DNA of 64,000 bases from Mobula hypostoma (taxonomy: Eukaryota), in contig NC_086108.1 of assembly GCF_963921235.1 (NCBI RefSeq), forward strand, positions 14,508,001-14,572,000. Reading direction: 5' to 3'. The translations under genes were made by a program, and so were the position numbers. Every line of letters begins with the position of its first letter. The stretch's first letter is position 1. The notes under the pieces are model-generated. The model saw only the letters and a program-made list of their open reading frames with translations, ran no database searches and had not been told where the DNA came from. This document shows positions 11,083 through 24,465 of the stretch, in pieces.

Positions 11083-12742
11083 AAAATCCCCCATGACTAT
11101 CATAACATTGCCCTTATTTAAATGTCTTTTCTACCTCCCATTATAATTTGTACCTCACATCCTTGCTACTGTTTGGAGGCCTGTATATAACTCCCATTAG
11201 GGTTGTTTTACCCTTGTTGTTTCTTAACTCTACCCACAAGGATTCTATATCTCCTCATTCTACAGATTTGATTTCATTTTTTTACTGACAGAGCCTTTGC
11301 CTGCCTGCCTGTCTTTTCGATATAATGGGCATACTTTGTTGTTGAGCTCCCAACTATGATCTTTCTGACACAACTCAGTGATGCCAATCTCTAACTGCAC
11401 TACAAGATCATCTATCTTATTCTGTATACCGTGTACATTCAAATATAACACCTGCAGTCCTGTGCTGGTCACACTTGAGAATTTTGCTCCTAAGTTTTAC
11501 TTCAACTTAGCCCACAAGCTGCAACTTTGCTCTATCTGTCCTTCCTCCCAGTCCCACTACACTCTGCATCTAGCTCTATACCAACTGTCCCATCTTCTAC
11601 CCTATCACTCAGGTTCCCACACCCCGCTAAATTAGTTTAAACCCTCCCTAACAAGTCTAGCTAACCTGCCCGCAGGGATATTGGTCCCCGTTGTGTTCAG
11701 CTGTAACCCTTCCTTTTTGTACAGATCGTACCTTCCCCAGAAGAGATCCCAATGATCCAGAAATCTGAAGCCCTGCCCCTGACAATTCTTCAGCTACACT
11801 TTCATCTGCCAAATCATCCTTTTCCTACCCTCACTGGCATGTGGCATAGGCAGCAGTCCAAATGTTACTACCCTGGAAGTCCCGTTTTTCAGCTTTCTGC
11901 CTAATTCCCTATGTTCTTTCTTAAAGACCTGCTCCCTTTTCTTATCTATATTGTCGGTACCAATATGTATCACAACTTCCAGCTAACCACCCCCCCCCCC
12001 ACCTTTTAGAATGTTTGGACCTGTACCGATGTCCCTGATCCTGGCACCTGGGAGACAACATACCATCTGGGTGTCTCTTTCCCCATCGACAGAATCTGCT
12101 TTCTGCTCCTTTAACTATGGAATTCCCTCCATCCCGCCTTTCTGAGCCACAGAGCCAAACTCAGTGCCAAAGACCTGACTGCTGTGGCTTTCCTCTGCTA
12201 GGTCATTCCCCCACCAACATTATTCAAAGTGGTATCCATGTTGTTGAGGGAAATAGCCATGGTGTTACTCTGCAGTAGCTGCCTTTCTCCTCTCCTGACG
12301 GTCACCCTGTTACCTGTGTCCCACACCTTGGGGGTAACCTCCTCGCACCGTATGTCCTGTTAATCAACTCCTCATCCAGTTCCTGTTCCAGTTCCAATTC
12401 CTTAACATGGTCTGTTAGAAGCTGCAGCTGTCTGCACCTCTTGCAAGTGTAGTTATCAGGGACACTGGCCGTCTCCTGCCTTCCCACATCCCACAAGAGG
12501 AGCCTCCCGCTATCCTACCTGGCACCCCCCTCTGCTCTAACTGCAGTAAAAAAGAAAGAAAAATTAAATGAAAATTTTCATCAAAAATTAACAAAGCTTT
12601 ACTCTAGCTTCCAAATCCCTGTTTAGCCTTACCTCTTCCTTTGTAATATAAACAATTCTTTGAGTTGTTTGTGATATTACAATGCCAGCATCTGAATCCT
12701 CTTTGAACATAACAGTATTAATAATGGTGATTAGCACTGTTC

Positions 12743-12795
12743 TATTCTGACTTCTTATTCTGACTTCTTATTCTGACTTCTTATTCTGACTTCTC
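12743..12795. repeat. 13-bp tandem repeat (TATTCTGACTTCT) x4
   Basis: Read directly from the sequence. Lies just upstream of a Penelope-like tail fragment. Confidence 0.85.
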
Positions 12796-13075
12796 ATCTC
12801 TTTTTTCCAGTCCTGATGAAGGGTTCCGGGCCAAAATGTCAACTGTTTACTCTTTTCCATAACTGCCGTCTGGCCTGCTCAGTTCCTTCAGCATTTTGTG
12901 TGTATTATTAATAATGGTAATAGTGACTTTGGTTGTCAAGGCCCCAGGCTCTGGAGTTCCCACTCAACCTCTCAGTTCCTGTCCCTCTCTTTCCCATTTA
13001 GTTGCCCTGTTTTTGGTTACTTATTCCCAATGTCTCCTGGCTCAGAGACTGATAAAGTGTGTGGGGATTTTTGAT

Positions 13076-13548
13076 GCAAACACGAGGAAATCTGCAGATG
13101 CTGGAATTTCAAGCAACACACATAAAAGTTGCTGGTGAATGCAGCAGGCCAGGCAGCATCTATAGGAAGAGGTACAGTCAACGTTTTGGGGCCGAGACCC
13201 TTCGTCAGGACTAACTGAAAGAAGAGGTAGTAAGAGATTTGAAAGTGGGAGGGGGAGGGGGAGATCTGCAATGATAGAAGACAGGAGGGGGAGGGATGGA
13301 GCCAAGAGCTGGACAGTTGATTGACAAAGGGGATATGAGAGGAAAGGATATACGGCTGTGATAGCGAGTCTGAATCAAAATGTGGTCGAAAAGTTGAAGA
13401 GCTGAAGAAATTACAGATGGGGAGCAGTGAGAAATGGTTTCACTGAACTCCCGTCGAAGAGAAGATTTAAACTTTTTCAGTGTAGGCATCACCGGAAGAG
13501 GCTTCACAGTAGTGAATTAAAAACGCAAACACAAGGAAATCTGCAGAT
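13076..13548 (-). mobile_element. Internally deleted Penelope-like element
   Basis: Terminal motif GCAAACAC(G/A)AGGAAATCTGCAGAT occurs at both 13076 and ~13526. Between them lie the ORF start MPTLKKFKSSLRREF...TRYHSRISF and the 3' terminal repeat. Confidence 0.7.
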
Positions 13549-15201
13549 AATGTTAAGGATGCTATGTTATTGCACTGCGTAACTTTATCAGTGGTCAGAC
13601 ATAAACAAAGCATGATGGTAGATCATCTCATCTACTCTGAGAGTGACTCTGGTCTCAGATACTGAAGTCCCCTTGCTACGTGGAAAAGAGGACCTCACAG
13701 AAAACATTCAATAAGTGTCTATAGAAATGTAGTCCATCTGCAGTTCATCAATGTTTCGGTCTCTGATCTGAAGCATTGGCTCTTTTATTTCTTCCCAGAG
13801 ATGTTACCTGCCTTTCTGAGTGTGTCCAGCAGTTTCTGTTTTTATTTCAGATTTTCAGCATCAACAATTTCATTTGATTTCGACACCACTTTAACAGTGA
13901 CCTGTTTGTATGTTCAGACGTACTGTCTGACATTGTACCCCATAGTGAATGACCTTGTATCTATGTGAGTGAGGCTATACACCAGTAGTGTTCTACAAAA
14001 ATGCTTCATGTCAGAGGTTTTCGAACTGTGTAGCTGTGGCTACAGCAGCTCACTGTTGTATTGTAATAAATACAGCAAAAAAATATTCCGGGGTACATTC
14101 CACCCCTGACTCATGTCAAGCTGACGATGGAGGAGGTGAACACCATGATCAGCAATCGTGAGACAGTGTACTCCAACGCCCTCCCGAACATTGCAAGAAC
14201 TTCAACCAGGCGATCTCAGACTGACTACCATTAACATTTCACCTGTAGAACAGAGGAGGCTACGGACGTGATCATTGTTACACCACGGTAGCCGTCAGAT
14301 GTCTATGTTCCGCATTAAGTACGCCATCGCTACTACTCCGGACCAGTGCCACTTTGCCTATCAGGCAAACAGATCAGCCGAGGATGTCACCTCCATTGCT
14401 CACCACGTCGTACTGGAACTCTTGGAGCATATGAGCACCTATGCCAGAATGCTTTTTATTGACTACAGTTCTGCCTTCAACAGCAAACTCTCTAACGGGT
14501 TGACCATTAAGCTACACAAACTGGGACTCAACCATCAACTTGCAACTGGATTCTGGACTTTCTTACGAAACACACCCAGACGGTCGGACTAGGGAAGTAC
14601 ACATCACCTTCCTGAACCTGAACACCAGTGTACCGAGCCCTCTCCTTCATACTCTCTTCACCCCTGCCTATGCCAACAACTCCATCGTCAGACTTGCAGA
14701 TGACACCACAGTGATTGGATTAATTACAAATAACAATGAAACAGCATAGACAGGGGAGGTGCAGAAACTGTCTGAATGGTGCAATAACCATAACCTTTCA
14801 CTCAACATGAAAATAAACAAAGAAATGCTTATCGACTTCAAAAAATCATGAGGTATGAACAAGCTCCACATAAATGGTGAAGCGGTGGAAAGGCTCTCCA
14901 GCTTTAAGTTCTTGGGAGTGAACATCACATAGGAGCTCCTTTGGATCACCAACACCACCTTGACAGTAGGGAAGGTTCTGCAATGCCTGTACTATCTTAG
15001 GAGTTTAAGGAGAGCAAATCTGCCCCAAAGCTGCTGATAAACCTGTATCAATGTGTAACTGGGAGCATACTGACCTACGGTGTGATAGTATGGTACACTA
15101 GCTGCAACAAGATTGACCAAAAAGCACTTCAATGTGTGATCAGGACTGCACAGATCATCATTGGGTTACCACCATCAAATATGGAAAACAATCTACAACT
15201 C

Positions 15202-15352
15202 ACTAGAAAAGAGTAAAACAGTCAACATTTCAGACTGAGACCCTGATGACTGTTTACTCTTTTCCGTAGATGCTGCCTGGCCTGCTGAGTTCCTCCAGCA
15301 TTTTGTGTGTGTTACTTTGATTTCCAGTGTCTGCAGATCTTCTCTTGTTTGT
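15202..15352. mobile_element. Penelope-like mini-insertion with a short inverted 5' piece
   Basis: 12-bp TSD AATCTACAACTC at 15190-201 and 15353-64. Confidence 0.8.
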
Positions 15353-15522
15353 AATCTACAACTCGTGCTGTCTTTGGTGGGCTCACAACATTGTGATGGA
15401 CTCATCCCACCCCAGTAATCACCTAAACGACAGGAATTCTGCAGATGCTGGAAATTCAAGCAACACACATAAAAGTTGCTGGTGAACGCAGCAGGCCAGG
15501 CAGCATCTCTAGGAAGAGGTGC

Positions 15523-15558
15523 AGTCGACGTTTCAGGCCGAGACCCTTCGTCAGGACT
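15523..15558 (-). ncRNA. Minimal type I hammerhead ribozyme motif
   Basis: Reverse complement reads AGUC-CUGACGA-AGG(gucucgg)CCU-GAAAC-GUC-GACU. Confidence 0.8.
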
Positions 15559-15896
15559 AACTGAAGGAAGAGTGAGTAAGGGATTTGAAAGTTGGAGGGG
15601 GAGGGGGAGATCCAAAATGATAGGAGAAGACAGGAGGGGGAGGGATGGAGCCAAGAGCTGGACAGGTGATTGGCAAAAGGGATACAAGAGGATCATGGGA
15701 CAGGAGGTCCGGGAAGAAAGACAAGGGGGGGGACCCAGAGGATGGGCCTCCTGTCCCATGATCCTCTCGTATCCCCTTTTGCCTATCACTTGTCCAGCTC
15801 TTGGCTCCATCCCTCCCCCTCCTGTCTTCTCCTATCATTTTGGATCTCCCCCTCCCCCTCCAACTTTCAAATCCCTTACTCACTCTTCCTTCAGTT

Positions 15897-15932
15897 AGTC
15901 CTGACGAAGGGTCTCGGCCTGAAACGTCGACT
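15897..15932 (+). ncRNA. Minimal type I hammerhead ribozyme motif
   Basis: AGUC/GACU stem I, CUGACGA core, AGG/CCU stem II, GAAA, palindromic ACGU helix III and GUC cleavage triplet. Confidence 0.8.
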
Positions 15933-18900
15933 GCACCTCTTCCTAGAGATGCTGCCTGGCCTGCTGCGTTCACCAGCAACTTTGATGTGTGTTGCCAGTA
16001 ATCACCTGTTCAATCTCCTACCATCTGGCAGGAGATACAGAAACATCTCTGCCCGGACATCCAGACTGGAAAACAGCTGAGCCAGTTCCCCAGGACTGTT
16101 GTGCAACCAAACAAAGCCCCCAACACCCTCCCATAGTCTGTAGGAACTATGGATAATCTCAAAGTTCAATACGTGGGCATGGGTAATATTTGGGTAAATG
16201 GGGCAGCTACCATCCTTTGATTTCAGAGCTATTTGGTTTTTTTCATTTTTTTTTAATTTCAGCTTTAATTCTTGATGCTGTTTTATATTTAATCATTGTA
16301 TTTTATAACATGGACATGTGCAGTGCTTTAATGGGCAACCACTGTTTCTTTTAATTTTAGAGTAATTTGCTTTTAATTCAGGTTTAACTTAGATGTTATT
16401 CTAAATAACTAAGACAATATTTTAAATGTAGTCATTGCGTTTTTAGTAACTGAATTGCCAGTATGCTGTTTTGCTGTTTTCTACTGAATGGTGTAGCAGT
16501 TATTTCATTGTCCTCAGCAATGCCAAAAAAGCTCTAACTAAGCATGCTGTTCCACATCTGCATTTTGGGAAGTCCAATCCCCTGGCTGTACTTACATTCC
16601 TGGCATTCTGGCAGAGACTGAGGACCACAGCACTACTGGAGCAGATTGCAAAAGTGTGGTCAAGGGAGGCAGAGAAGGGCTCACAGGTCTGCTTTGAGAC
16701 TGTTGTATATTCGGATTCATCTTCATTTCTGAATGAATATGCCACAGTTGTCACAGACTTCATCAAGATCTACGTGGATGAGTGTGTGCCTTCAATAACA
16801 TACTTGACATACCCAAAGCAGAAGCCATGGATGAACCAGGAGATCTGCAGTCTGCTGAGGGCTAATCTTTCCTGTCCATTTACCTGTCCGTATGTCGTTC
16901 AGCACTGTTAATGTTCCTGCCTCTTCCTCTGGCAGCTCGTTCATATACTGATCACCATCTGGGTGAAAAAGTTGTGCCTCGTGTTCCTACGAAACCTCTC
17001 CCCTGTCACCTTAAACCTATGCCCTCTGGTTCATGACTCCCCAATCCTGGGAAAACGACTGTGTCCATTCACTCGATTGATAGCCCTCATGACTTTATAC
17101 ACCTCTGAACGATCACCATCATTCTCCTCTGTCTCAAGGAACAAAGTCCAACCTGCTCGTCTTCTCTCCATCACTCTGTCTCAGCAACATACTCGCAAAT
17201 CTCTGCTGCGCTCTTTCCAACTTAATGGCATCTTTCCTGTAGATGGGTGATCATGGCTGAATGCCAAATTCCAAATGTGGCCTCAGCAACATTCTGTGTG
17301 TCTGTTTCTCCAATATTAGTAGCTGTGTTTCTGGATTCAGAGCCTTGTTAGCATCCTGTGACTGTACCTGGTCCTGGACTGCTCCAGATTCCAGCATCTG
17401 CAGTCCCAGTATTACTCCAATATTGTATGATTTCATATTATAGTGACGCTGTATAACTCTGCCTGGTTTACTTTTCCTGTGGAATGGTCCAACCGTATCT
17501 GTTGACAGATATCTGCATGGGAAGCAGTATCCTCGTGATTAAATTATTGCTCTGGTAATCCAGAGGGCTGGTCTAATGGTCTGGAAACAGGAGTTCAAAT
17601 CCCTCCATGGCAATGGGGGAAATTTAAATACTGTTATTAAATAATTAAGCATAAAAAATGATATTAATAATGGTGACCATGAAACTGGCAGATTGTTAAA
17701 AATGTCCATCTGGCACATGGTTGTCCTCCAGGGAAGGAAATCTGCTTTCATTACCAGTCTGGCTCATACAGGGCACACTACAAAGTGGTTGACTTCTAAC
17801 TGTGCTTTGAAAGGGCCCCATACTGCGACCTCAAAATGCAATAAGCTTTGGCTGAGGCAGCGGATTTTGACATTGCACAGGCACACCCAATCTATAATTC
17901 TGAGAAGTCCCTTCTCGCCCAGGACTGATGCCCTCAGCTGGAAGAGCTCTCCCACAGAATAGTCAAGCAGCAATGTGACATAGCAATCCTCAAGGCTTCC
18001 TGGCAAGAACTTGTATTCCGCCATCTCCTCCTCTGATCACCAGATACTCCCAGTTTGTGAGTACCCAAGTTATTTACAGTCCATAGTTACAAGCGAGCAT
18101 ATGGGAGACTAAATCCAGATGCTGGAGGGCTGTAGGCATCTTTTGCCAACTGAAAACTCAGTTAGCAGCCACATTTCTGACTTGACCTGTGAACTGTCCC
18201 AGTTACAAATAGTATCCGGAATGGAATGCTGACAAAACTTGGGGGTTGGGGGGGTTCCTGTGGTGTATGCAGGAGGAAGTGGGATACTCCTTGGTGTTTT
18301 CTGCAAACCTAAAGTTTCCTGACATGAGGGCAAATTACCCTTCCTCAGTACATGTTGAACAGTACATGTAGGGCCATATAGAGTCATAGTACACTACAGC
18401 ACAGAAACAGGCCCTTCAGTCCTTCTAGTCCATGCTAAACTATTAGTCTACCTAGTCCTATCGACATGCACCTGGACCATACCCTCCCATCCAGGTACAG
18501 TACCTACCCAAATTTCTCTTCCAGTAACATGGTGGCACAGTGGAACTCAGCAGCCACTCTGGGTCCAATCAAAGGTGTACTTGTTCATCTTGTATATCTG
18601 TTTTCACAATTGCAAGTCACTGCTGGATACTAAGAACATCAAGTACTGCAACACTATCCTGTCTGCGAGTTGTTCAACAGCGATGGAGCTGGACTTATTG
18701 CATACCATTGTTCTGTTGTCATCTGGACTTGTTATGTACTGTTGGGCAGTGCAAGTGATTGGCTTGGATGTTTTTATTGTGATCGCAAGACCCTAGTAGA
18801 CATTGGTAATGTAGAATGCTGCAAGACTGGTTCACTAGTTCATTGGTGAGACTGGTGGTGGGTGGGGGGGGGGTGTGCGGGATGTTGTGTTCCCTTGGCT

Positions 18901-19181
18901 GTGCTGAGGACCAGTCCAAGGCCGTGGGGTCACTTGTTGCAGCTGACCAGGAGATGAGATGCTGAGGCAATGTGAGATGTGAGAGAGCCCCTGCGGGGCG
19001 CGCTGGAATTCGTACTTGGGTTAGGGGCTGGACCCTTGACTCAGTGCTGCCCTCCAGTGTTCACTCGGTGGTAGAACATGCTGGACCAGGACAACTTACC
19101 ATCAATTCTACAGTCATGGCACTCAGGGACTTGGGCTATATGTTTGTGTTTTTCTTTATGATTGTTTTTTCTGAAACTAAC

Positions 19182-19545
19182 CATCATCATCATGTGCCAT
19201 GTTGTATGACATGGGAGATCATGGTCTTGACCATAATTGTTCTTGTCAATTTTTTCTACGGAAGTGGTTTGCCATTGCCTTTTTCTGGGCAGTGTCTTAA
19301 CAAGACAGGTAACCCCTGCCGTTATTAATACTCTTCAGCGATTGTTTGCCTGGCATCAGTAGTCGCATAACCGGGACTTGTGATATGTACCAGCTGCTCA
19401 TACAACCGTCCACCACCTGCTCCCGTGGCTTCCCATGACCCTGATTGGGAGGCTAAGCAGCTGCTACACCTTGCCCAATGGTGACCTGTAGACCAGCGTC
19501 TTACACCTCCTTTGGTAGAGACATATCTCCACCCTACCACCCAGA
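19182..19545 (-). mobile_element. SINE or LINE tail of RTE type
   Basis: Minus strand has AAGGCAATGGCAAACCACTTCCGTAG, which resembles RTE/Bov-A tails, and ends in (ATG)n. Confidence 0.45.
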
Positions 19546-20519
19546 AACTGCAACCGTATGTGCCTTTGGTGCTATGTGCAGTGTCCTGTGTGCTGTTCGA
19601 AAATGCCTTTTTCACCTTTTCCCCAGAGGAGTGCTTCTTCATTTGTCTATACTCGTGTAGCTGAATGATAATTAAACTTGAACTTAAATGTTGAAATCAA
19701 ACCCGCATCCTCCACTTCCACTGGCAGCTCGTTTCACACTCTCACCACCCGATGAGTGAAGAAGATTCCCCCTCATGATCCCCTTAAACATTTCACCTTT
19801 CACCCTTAACCCATGACCTCTAGTTTTAGTCTCACCCAACCTTAGTGAAACAGAAGCCTGCTTGCATTTACCCTATCTAAATCCCTCATAATTTTGTATG
19901 CATCAAATCTCCCCTCGTTTTCTATGCTCTTGGAAATAAAGTCCTAACCTACTTAACCCTTCCCTATAACTCGGGGTCTCAAGTCCTGGCTACACTAATG
20001 TAAACTTTCTCTGCACTCTTTCAATCTTCTTGACATCATTTCTCAGAATGTAGAGCAAAAAGCAAGGAATGAACTCTCATTATCCTTCCTCATACTTGAC
20101 AGACTAGAACTCCAGAGCTGATGACAGACCGTAACTCTGCTTGATATTCTTCTCACTCATGGACCTATTGTAAATGTTTATGATTGCATTGATAAGAATG
20201 ACTGTTATCCTCTTCTCATGAAGAAATGGTCCCACTTCTACACCATAGGCATCCTCCATTGTGTTTTCTGCTCAGTGTGATCAATTCCAGTTAGCAGGCA
20301 GGAGACATCAAAGACTGGAGCAACGAGCAAGATGTAGAAGGAACCCAGTGAGCCAGGCAGCATCTGAGGAGGAAACTGGAGAGGTAGCAGCACCAGAACT
20401 TCATTCTACCATGATTTGTAACTCCTTAGCCATACATTAAACTGTATAATCTTCCGATTTTTGCCATCACTAGCCATGTGGCACGGAAAGCAATCCTGTG
20501 GTCACAACCCTTGAAGTTA

Positions 20520-22895
20520 GTTTAGGATTTAAACTAATTTGCTAGGGGGATGTGGACCAGAGTGATGGGGCTGAGGATGGGGCAGTTAGTATCCCATCCA
20601 AGTCGATGCAGTGTGTAGTGAGACTGTGAAGAAGGACAGGCAGATGATAAGGCAAAATTGCAGTTGATAGAATGGGTTGAAGTGTAACATGGAGGAAAAA
20701 TTGAAAAATGTGACAAATATAGGTCTGAAGGTGTTATATTTGAATGCACACACTATATGGAATAGGGTAGATAATCTTGCAGTGCAGTTTCAAACTGGCA
20801 GGTATAACTTTGTGGGCATTACTGAGCAATGCCAGAAAGAAGATTATAGTTGATAGCTTAACATCCAAGGATATACATTATATCAAAAGGACAGGCAAGT
20901 AGGCAGAGGGTGTGGGATGGCTCTGTTGGCAAATAATTAAATCAAATCCTTAGAAAGAGGTGATCAGAAGGTGTAGAATCCTTGTGGATAGTGCTAAGGA
21001 ACTGCAAGGGAGAAAAGACCCTGATGGGAGTTATATGCAGGCCTCTGAACAGGAGCCAGCATATGGGCTGCATATGACAACTGGAGATAGAAAAGGCATG
21101 TAAAAAGGGCAATCTTACAATATTCATGGGGGGGGGTTATATGATGCAGATATGCACTTTCATCCAGCAGTGTGATTAATATATCTCAAAGCAGAAGTAT
21201 TCTAAAGGGAGGATAAGGCAACCATGGCATAAAAACAAAAGAGAGGGACGTATAATAGAGCAAAAATTAATGGTAAATTAGAGGATTGGAAAGCTTTTAA
21301 AAACCAGCAGAAGACAACTGAAAAAGCAATAATGAGAAAAACGGTGAAATGTAAAGGTAAGGTACTCAGTAATATAAAAGCGGTTGCCAAAGTTTTTTCG
21401 GATATATAAAGAGTTGATATTGGACTGGTGGAAAATAACACTGGAGAAGTAGTAATAGGGTCCAAAGAAATGGGGGATAAACTTAATAAGTATTTTGAAT
21501 CAGTCTTCGCTGTGGGAGACACTAGCAATATGCCAGAAATGACGGGGCAGAAATGAATGTAGTTGCTGTTACTAAGGGGAAGGGTCTTGGGAAACTGAAG
21601 GGCTTGAAGTAACAGGCAGGATAGATAAAGGAGAGACAGTCGATGTTGCGTACTTGGATTTTCAGAAGGCCTTTCACAAGGAGCTACACATGAGATTGCT
21701 GAACAAGAGAGGAGCCCGTGGTATTATAGGAAAGATACCAGCATGGATAGAAGATTGGTCCTGACGAAGGGTTCCAGCCTGAAACATCGACCGATCTTTT
21801 CTACGGATGCTGCCCGACCTGCTGAGTTCCTCCAGCGTGTTGTGAGTGTTGCTTTGACCCCAGCATCTGCAGATTATTTTGTGTGTAGAAGATTGGCTGA
21901 GTGGCAGGAGGTAAAGACCGAGAATGAAGGGGGCCTTTTCTGGTTGGCTACCAGTGGCAATGGTGTTCCACAGGGGTCTATTTTGGGTCCACTTCTTTTA
22001 ACGTTATATGTCAATAATTTGGATGATGGAATTGATGGCTTTTGGCCAAGTTTGGGAATAATACAAAGATAAACAGAGGGGCAGGTCCTGTTAAGGAAGT
22101 AGGGAGACTGCAGGAGGACTTGGTCAGATTAGGAGAACAGGCAAAGAAGTGGGATATGGAACTGTATGTAGGGAAGTGTATGGTCATGCACTTTGGTTGA
22201 AGTAATAAAGGTATAAACCACTTTCTAAATGGGGAGAAAATTCAGAAATCAGAGGTGCATAGGGACTTGAGAGTCCTCGTGCAGAATTTCCTAAAGGTTA
22301 ACTTGCAGGTTGAGTTGGTGGTAAGGAAACTAAATGCAATGTTGGCATTCATTTGTAGAAGATTAGAATATAAGGATGTAACGTTGAGGCTTTGTAAGTC
22401 ATTGGTCAGGCAGTACTTGGAGTATTGTGGCAGTTTTGAGCCTCTTTTCTAGGACAATGATGTGTTGGCATTGGAGAGGTTCATGAGAATGATCCTGGGA
22501 ATGAAAGGGGTCATGTATGGGCCTGTACTCACTGGAGTTTGGGACAATGAGTGGGATCTCATTGAAACCGGTTAAACATTGGAAGGCCTCAATAGGGTGG
22601 ATGTGGAGATGATGTTTCCTCTAGTGGGTGAGTCTTAGACCAGAGGGCACAGCCTCAGTATTGAAGGACATTCCTTTAGAACAGAGATGAAGAGGAATTT
22701 CTTTTCCCAAAGGCTAGTAAATCTGTGGAATTCATTGCTGCAGTGGCTGTGAACACCAAGTCACTGAGTATATTTGAAGTGGAGGTTGATAGATTCTTGA
22801 TTACTGAGGGCAACAAAGATTATGGGGAGAAGTCAGGAGAATGTGATTGAGAGGACTAATAAATCAGCTCTAATTCTGCTCCTGTATCTTATGGT
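20520..22895 (+). mobile_element. Decayed CR1 LINE (endonuclease to 3' end, internally deleted)
   Basis: LKVLYLNA, YLDFQKAF and GVPQGSILGPLL..YVNNLDDG motifs. Ends ...CCTGTATCTTATGGTC. Confidence 0.85.
21759..21885 (+). mobile_element. Penelope-like mini-insertion starting at a hammerhead motif
   Basis: 11-bp TSD TAGAAGATTGG at 21748-58 and 21886-96. Junction reads GGTC-CTGACGA-AGG..CCT-GAAAC-ATC-GACC. Confidence 0.85.
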
Positions 22896-23306
22896 CACAG
22901 GAAGCTGTTGTTTGAAGAAGACCCTTGCAATGCTTTTCCGTTTTATATATAGAGAGAAGTCCCTCTGCAGTTACTCACGATGGATTATCTTCTTTTGTGA
23001 AGATAGTCACGATAACAGCATATCTGAGTTTATCCGCTCTGTTCTTCTCTTCCCAGAGGGAGAAGATGGTGAGACCCCAGATGAGCTCATTCTCACAGCC
23101 ATCCACTTCATGTTTGCCTCTAAAACAGACATATCTTCCGCAGTAAATCTGCAATATCCTAACACGCTATTAAGTGGTGTTGGATTGGCAGATTTTATTT
23201 AACTCTGGTAGATAATTTGAGTCATGCACAACTTGGACTGAAGAGCTTGCTTCTGACCATGTAACTCCATCGGATATTACCCCAAATAATACCTTCAAAC
23301 ACTTGT

Positions 23307-24465
23307 CAGAATCAGACTTATTATCACCGGCATGTGTTGTGAAATCTGTTAACTTAGCAGCAGCAGTTCAATGCAATACATAATAGAGAAGAAGAAGAAA
23401 AAATAAATAAAAGAAAATAAAATAATAATTAATAAATATATCATTTGCAGTATACGTATATTGAATAGATTAAAAATTGTGCAAAAACAGAAATAATATA
23501 TATTTAAAAAGTGAGGTAGTGTTCACCGGTTCAATATCCATTTAGAAATCGGATGGCAGAGGGGAGGAAGCTGTTCCTGAATCGCTGAGTGTGTGCCTTC
23601 AGGCTTCTGTACCTCTTACCGGATGGTAACAGTGAGAAAAGGGCATGCCCTGGGTGCTGGAGGTCCTTAATAATGGACGCTGCCTTTCTGAGACACAACT
23701 CCTTGAAGATGTCCTGGCTACTTTGTAGGCTAGTACCCAAGATGGAGCCAACTAAATTTACAACCCTCTGCGGCTTCTTTCGGTCCTGTGCAGTAGCCCC
23801 CCCCCACCCCCCGCCCATACCAGACAGTGATGCAAATCATACCTGGTTTTCTGGTAAAGACCTGGATCAGTAAACTTAAATGCCATAGATCTAGCCTTCA
23901 GCAGGCAATGTACCTCCTGGTTCATCTACGGCTTTTGGTATGGGAATGTGCAGTAAGTCTTTGTAGGCACACTCTCATCCACACAGGTTTTAATGAAGTT
24001 GGTAACAACTGCAGCATACTCATCCAGATTCAAAGATGAATCCCTGAATACAGTCCATTTCACTGATTCAAAGCACTCCTGTGCTTCCGTTGTCCATACC
24101 TTCTTGGTCCTCTCTTCTGGTGCTGCAGTCTTCAGTTTCTGCCTGTACTCAGGGAGTAGAAGTACGGACAGGTAAGGGCGTGGATTAGCACATTAGGCGG
24201 GCATTCTTGATGGTGGTGTAGCAATGGTCCAGTGTGTTGTTTCCTCTGGTGTTGCAAGTGATCGGTTGATGGTAGTTGCTTAGTGATTTTTTCAGACTGG
24301 CCTGGTTAAAACCCCCCAAAACGATGGTGAAGGTGTTAGGGTGCACTGTTCTGTGCATGTTGATCCCATTGCTCAGATCATCTAAAGCCTGATAGACATT
24401 GATCTGAGGTGGAATGTATACCACTACCAAAATGATCCCGGAAATCTCCCGTGGTAGGTAAAAGG
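23307..24465 (-). mobile_element. Rex1/Babar-like LINE fragments (3' end and endonuclease pieces)
   Basis: HPGHALFSLLPSGKRYRSL...RFRNSF and VYIPPQ...GGFN...TLDHCY motifs. Confidence 0.7.

Larger units (their letters stand above)
10190..12530 (-). mobile_element. Decayed CR1 5' half (ORF1 zinc finger/esterase + ORF2 endonuclease)
   Basis: CKRC.QL.LL..V.ELE (12302..12496) and LQVLYLN..IQNK.DDL...GITE (11260..11472). Confidence 0.75.
15425..15994. mobile_element. Palindromic Penelope-like insertion (two inverted terminal-repeat copies)
   Basis: Arms 15461-15707 and 15747-15994 are nearly perfectly complementary, with a 39-nt loop. 13-bp TSD CCAGTAATCACCT at 15412-24 and 15995-16007. Confidence 0.9.
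14330..16080 (+). mobile_element. Decayed Rex1/Babar-like LINE RT region, interrupted by two Penelope-like insertions
   Basis: FAYQANRSAED...YARMLFIDYSSAFN, LADDTTVIGLITNN and 3' LFNLLPSGRRYR motifs. Confidence 0.75.

Noticed and set aside
12809..13212. Further hammerhead copies (12809 +, 13177 -, also 6194 -, 48109 +, 50634 +)
   Set aside because: The catalytic core is mutated (GAAA lost or CUGA altered), so they are presumed inactive.
15476..15979. Two mirror-image 140-aa ORFs (MLVNAAGQAASLGRG...)
   Set aside because: They are a by-product of the palindromic Penelope-like terminal repeat, with no sign of a real gene.
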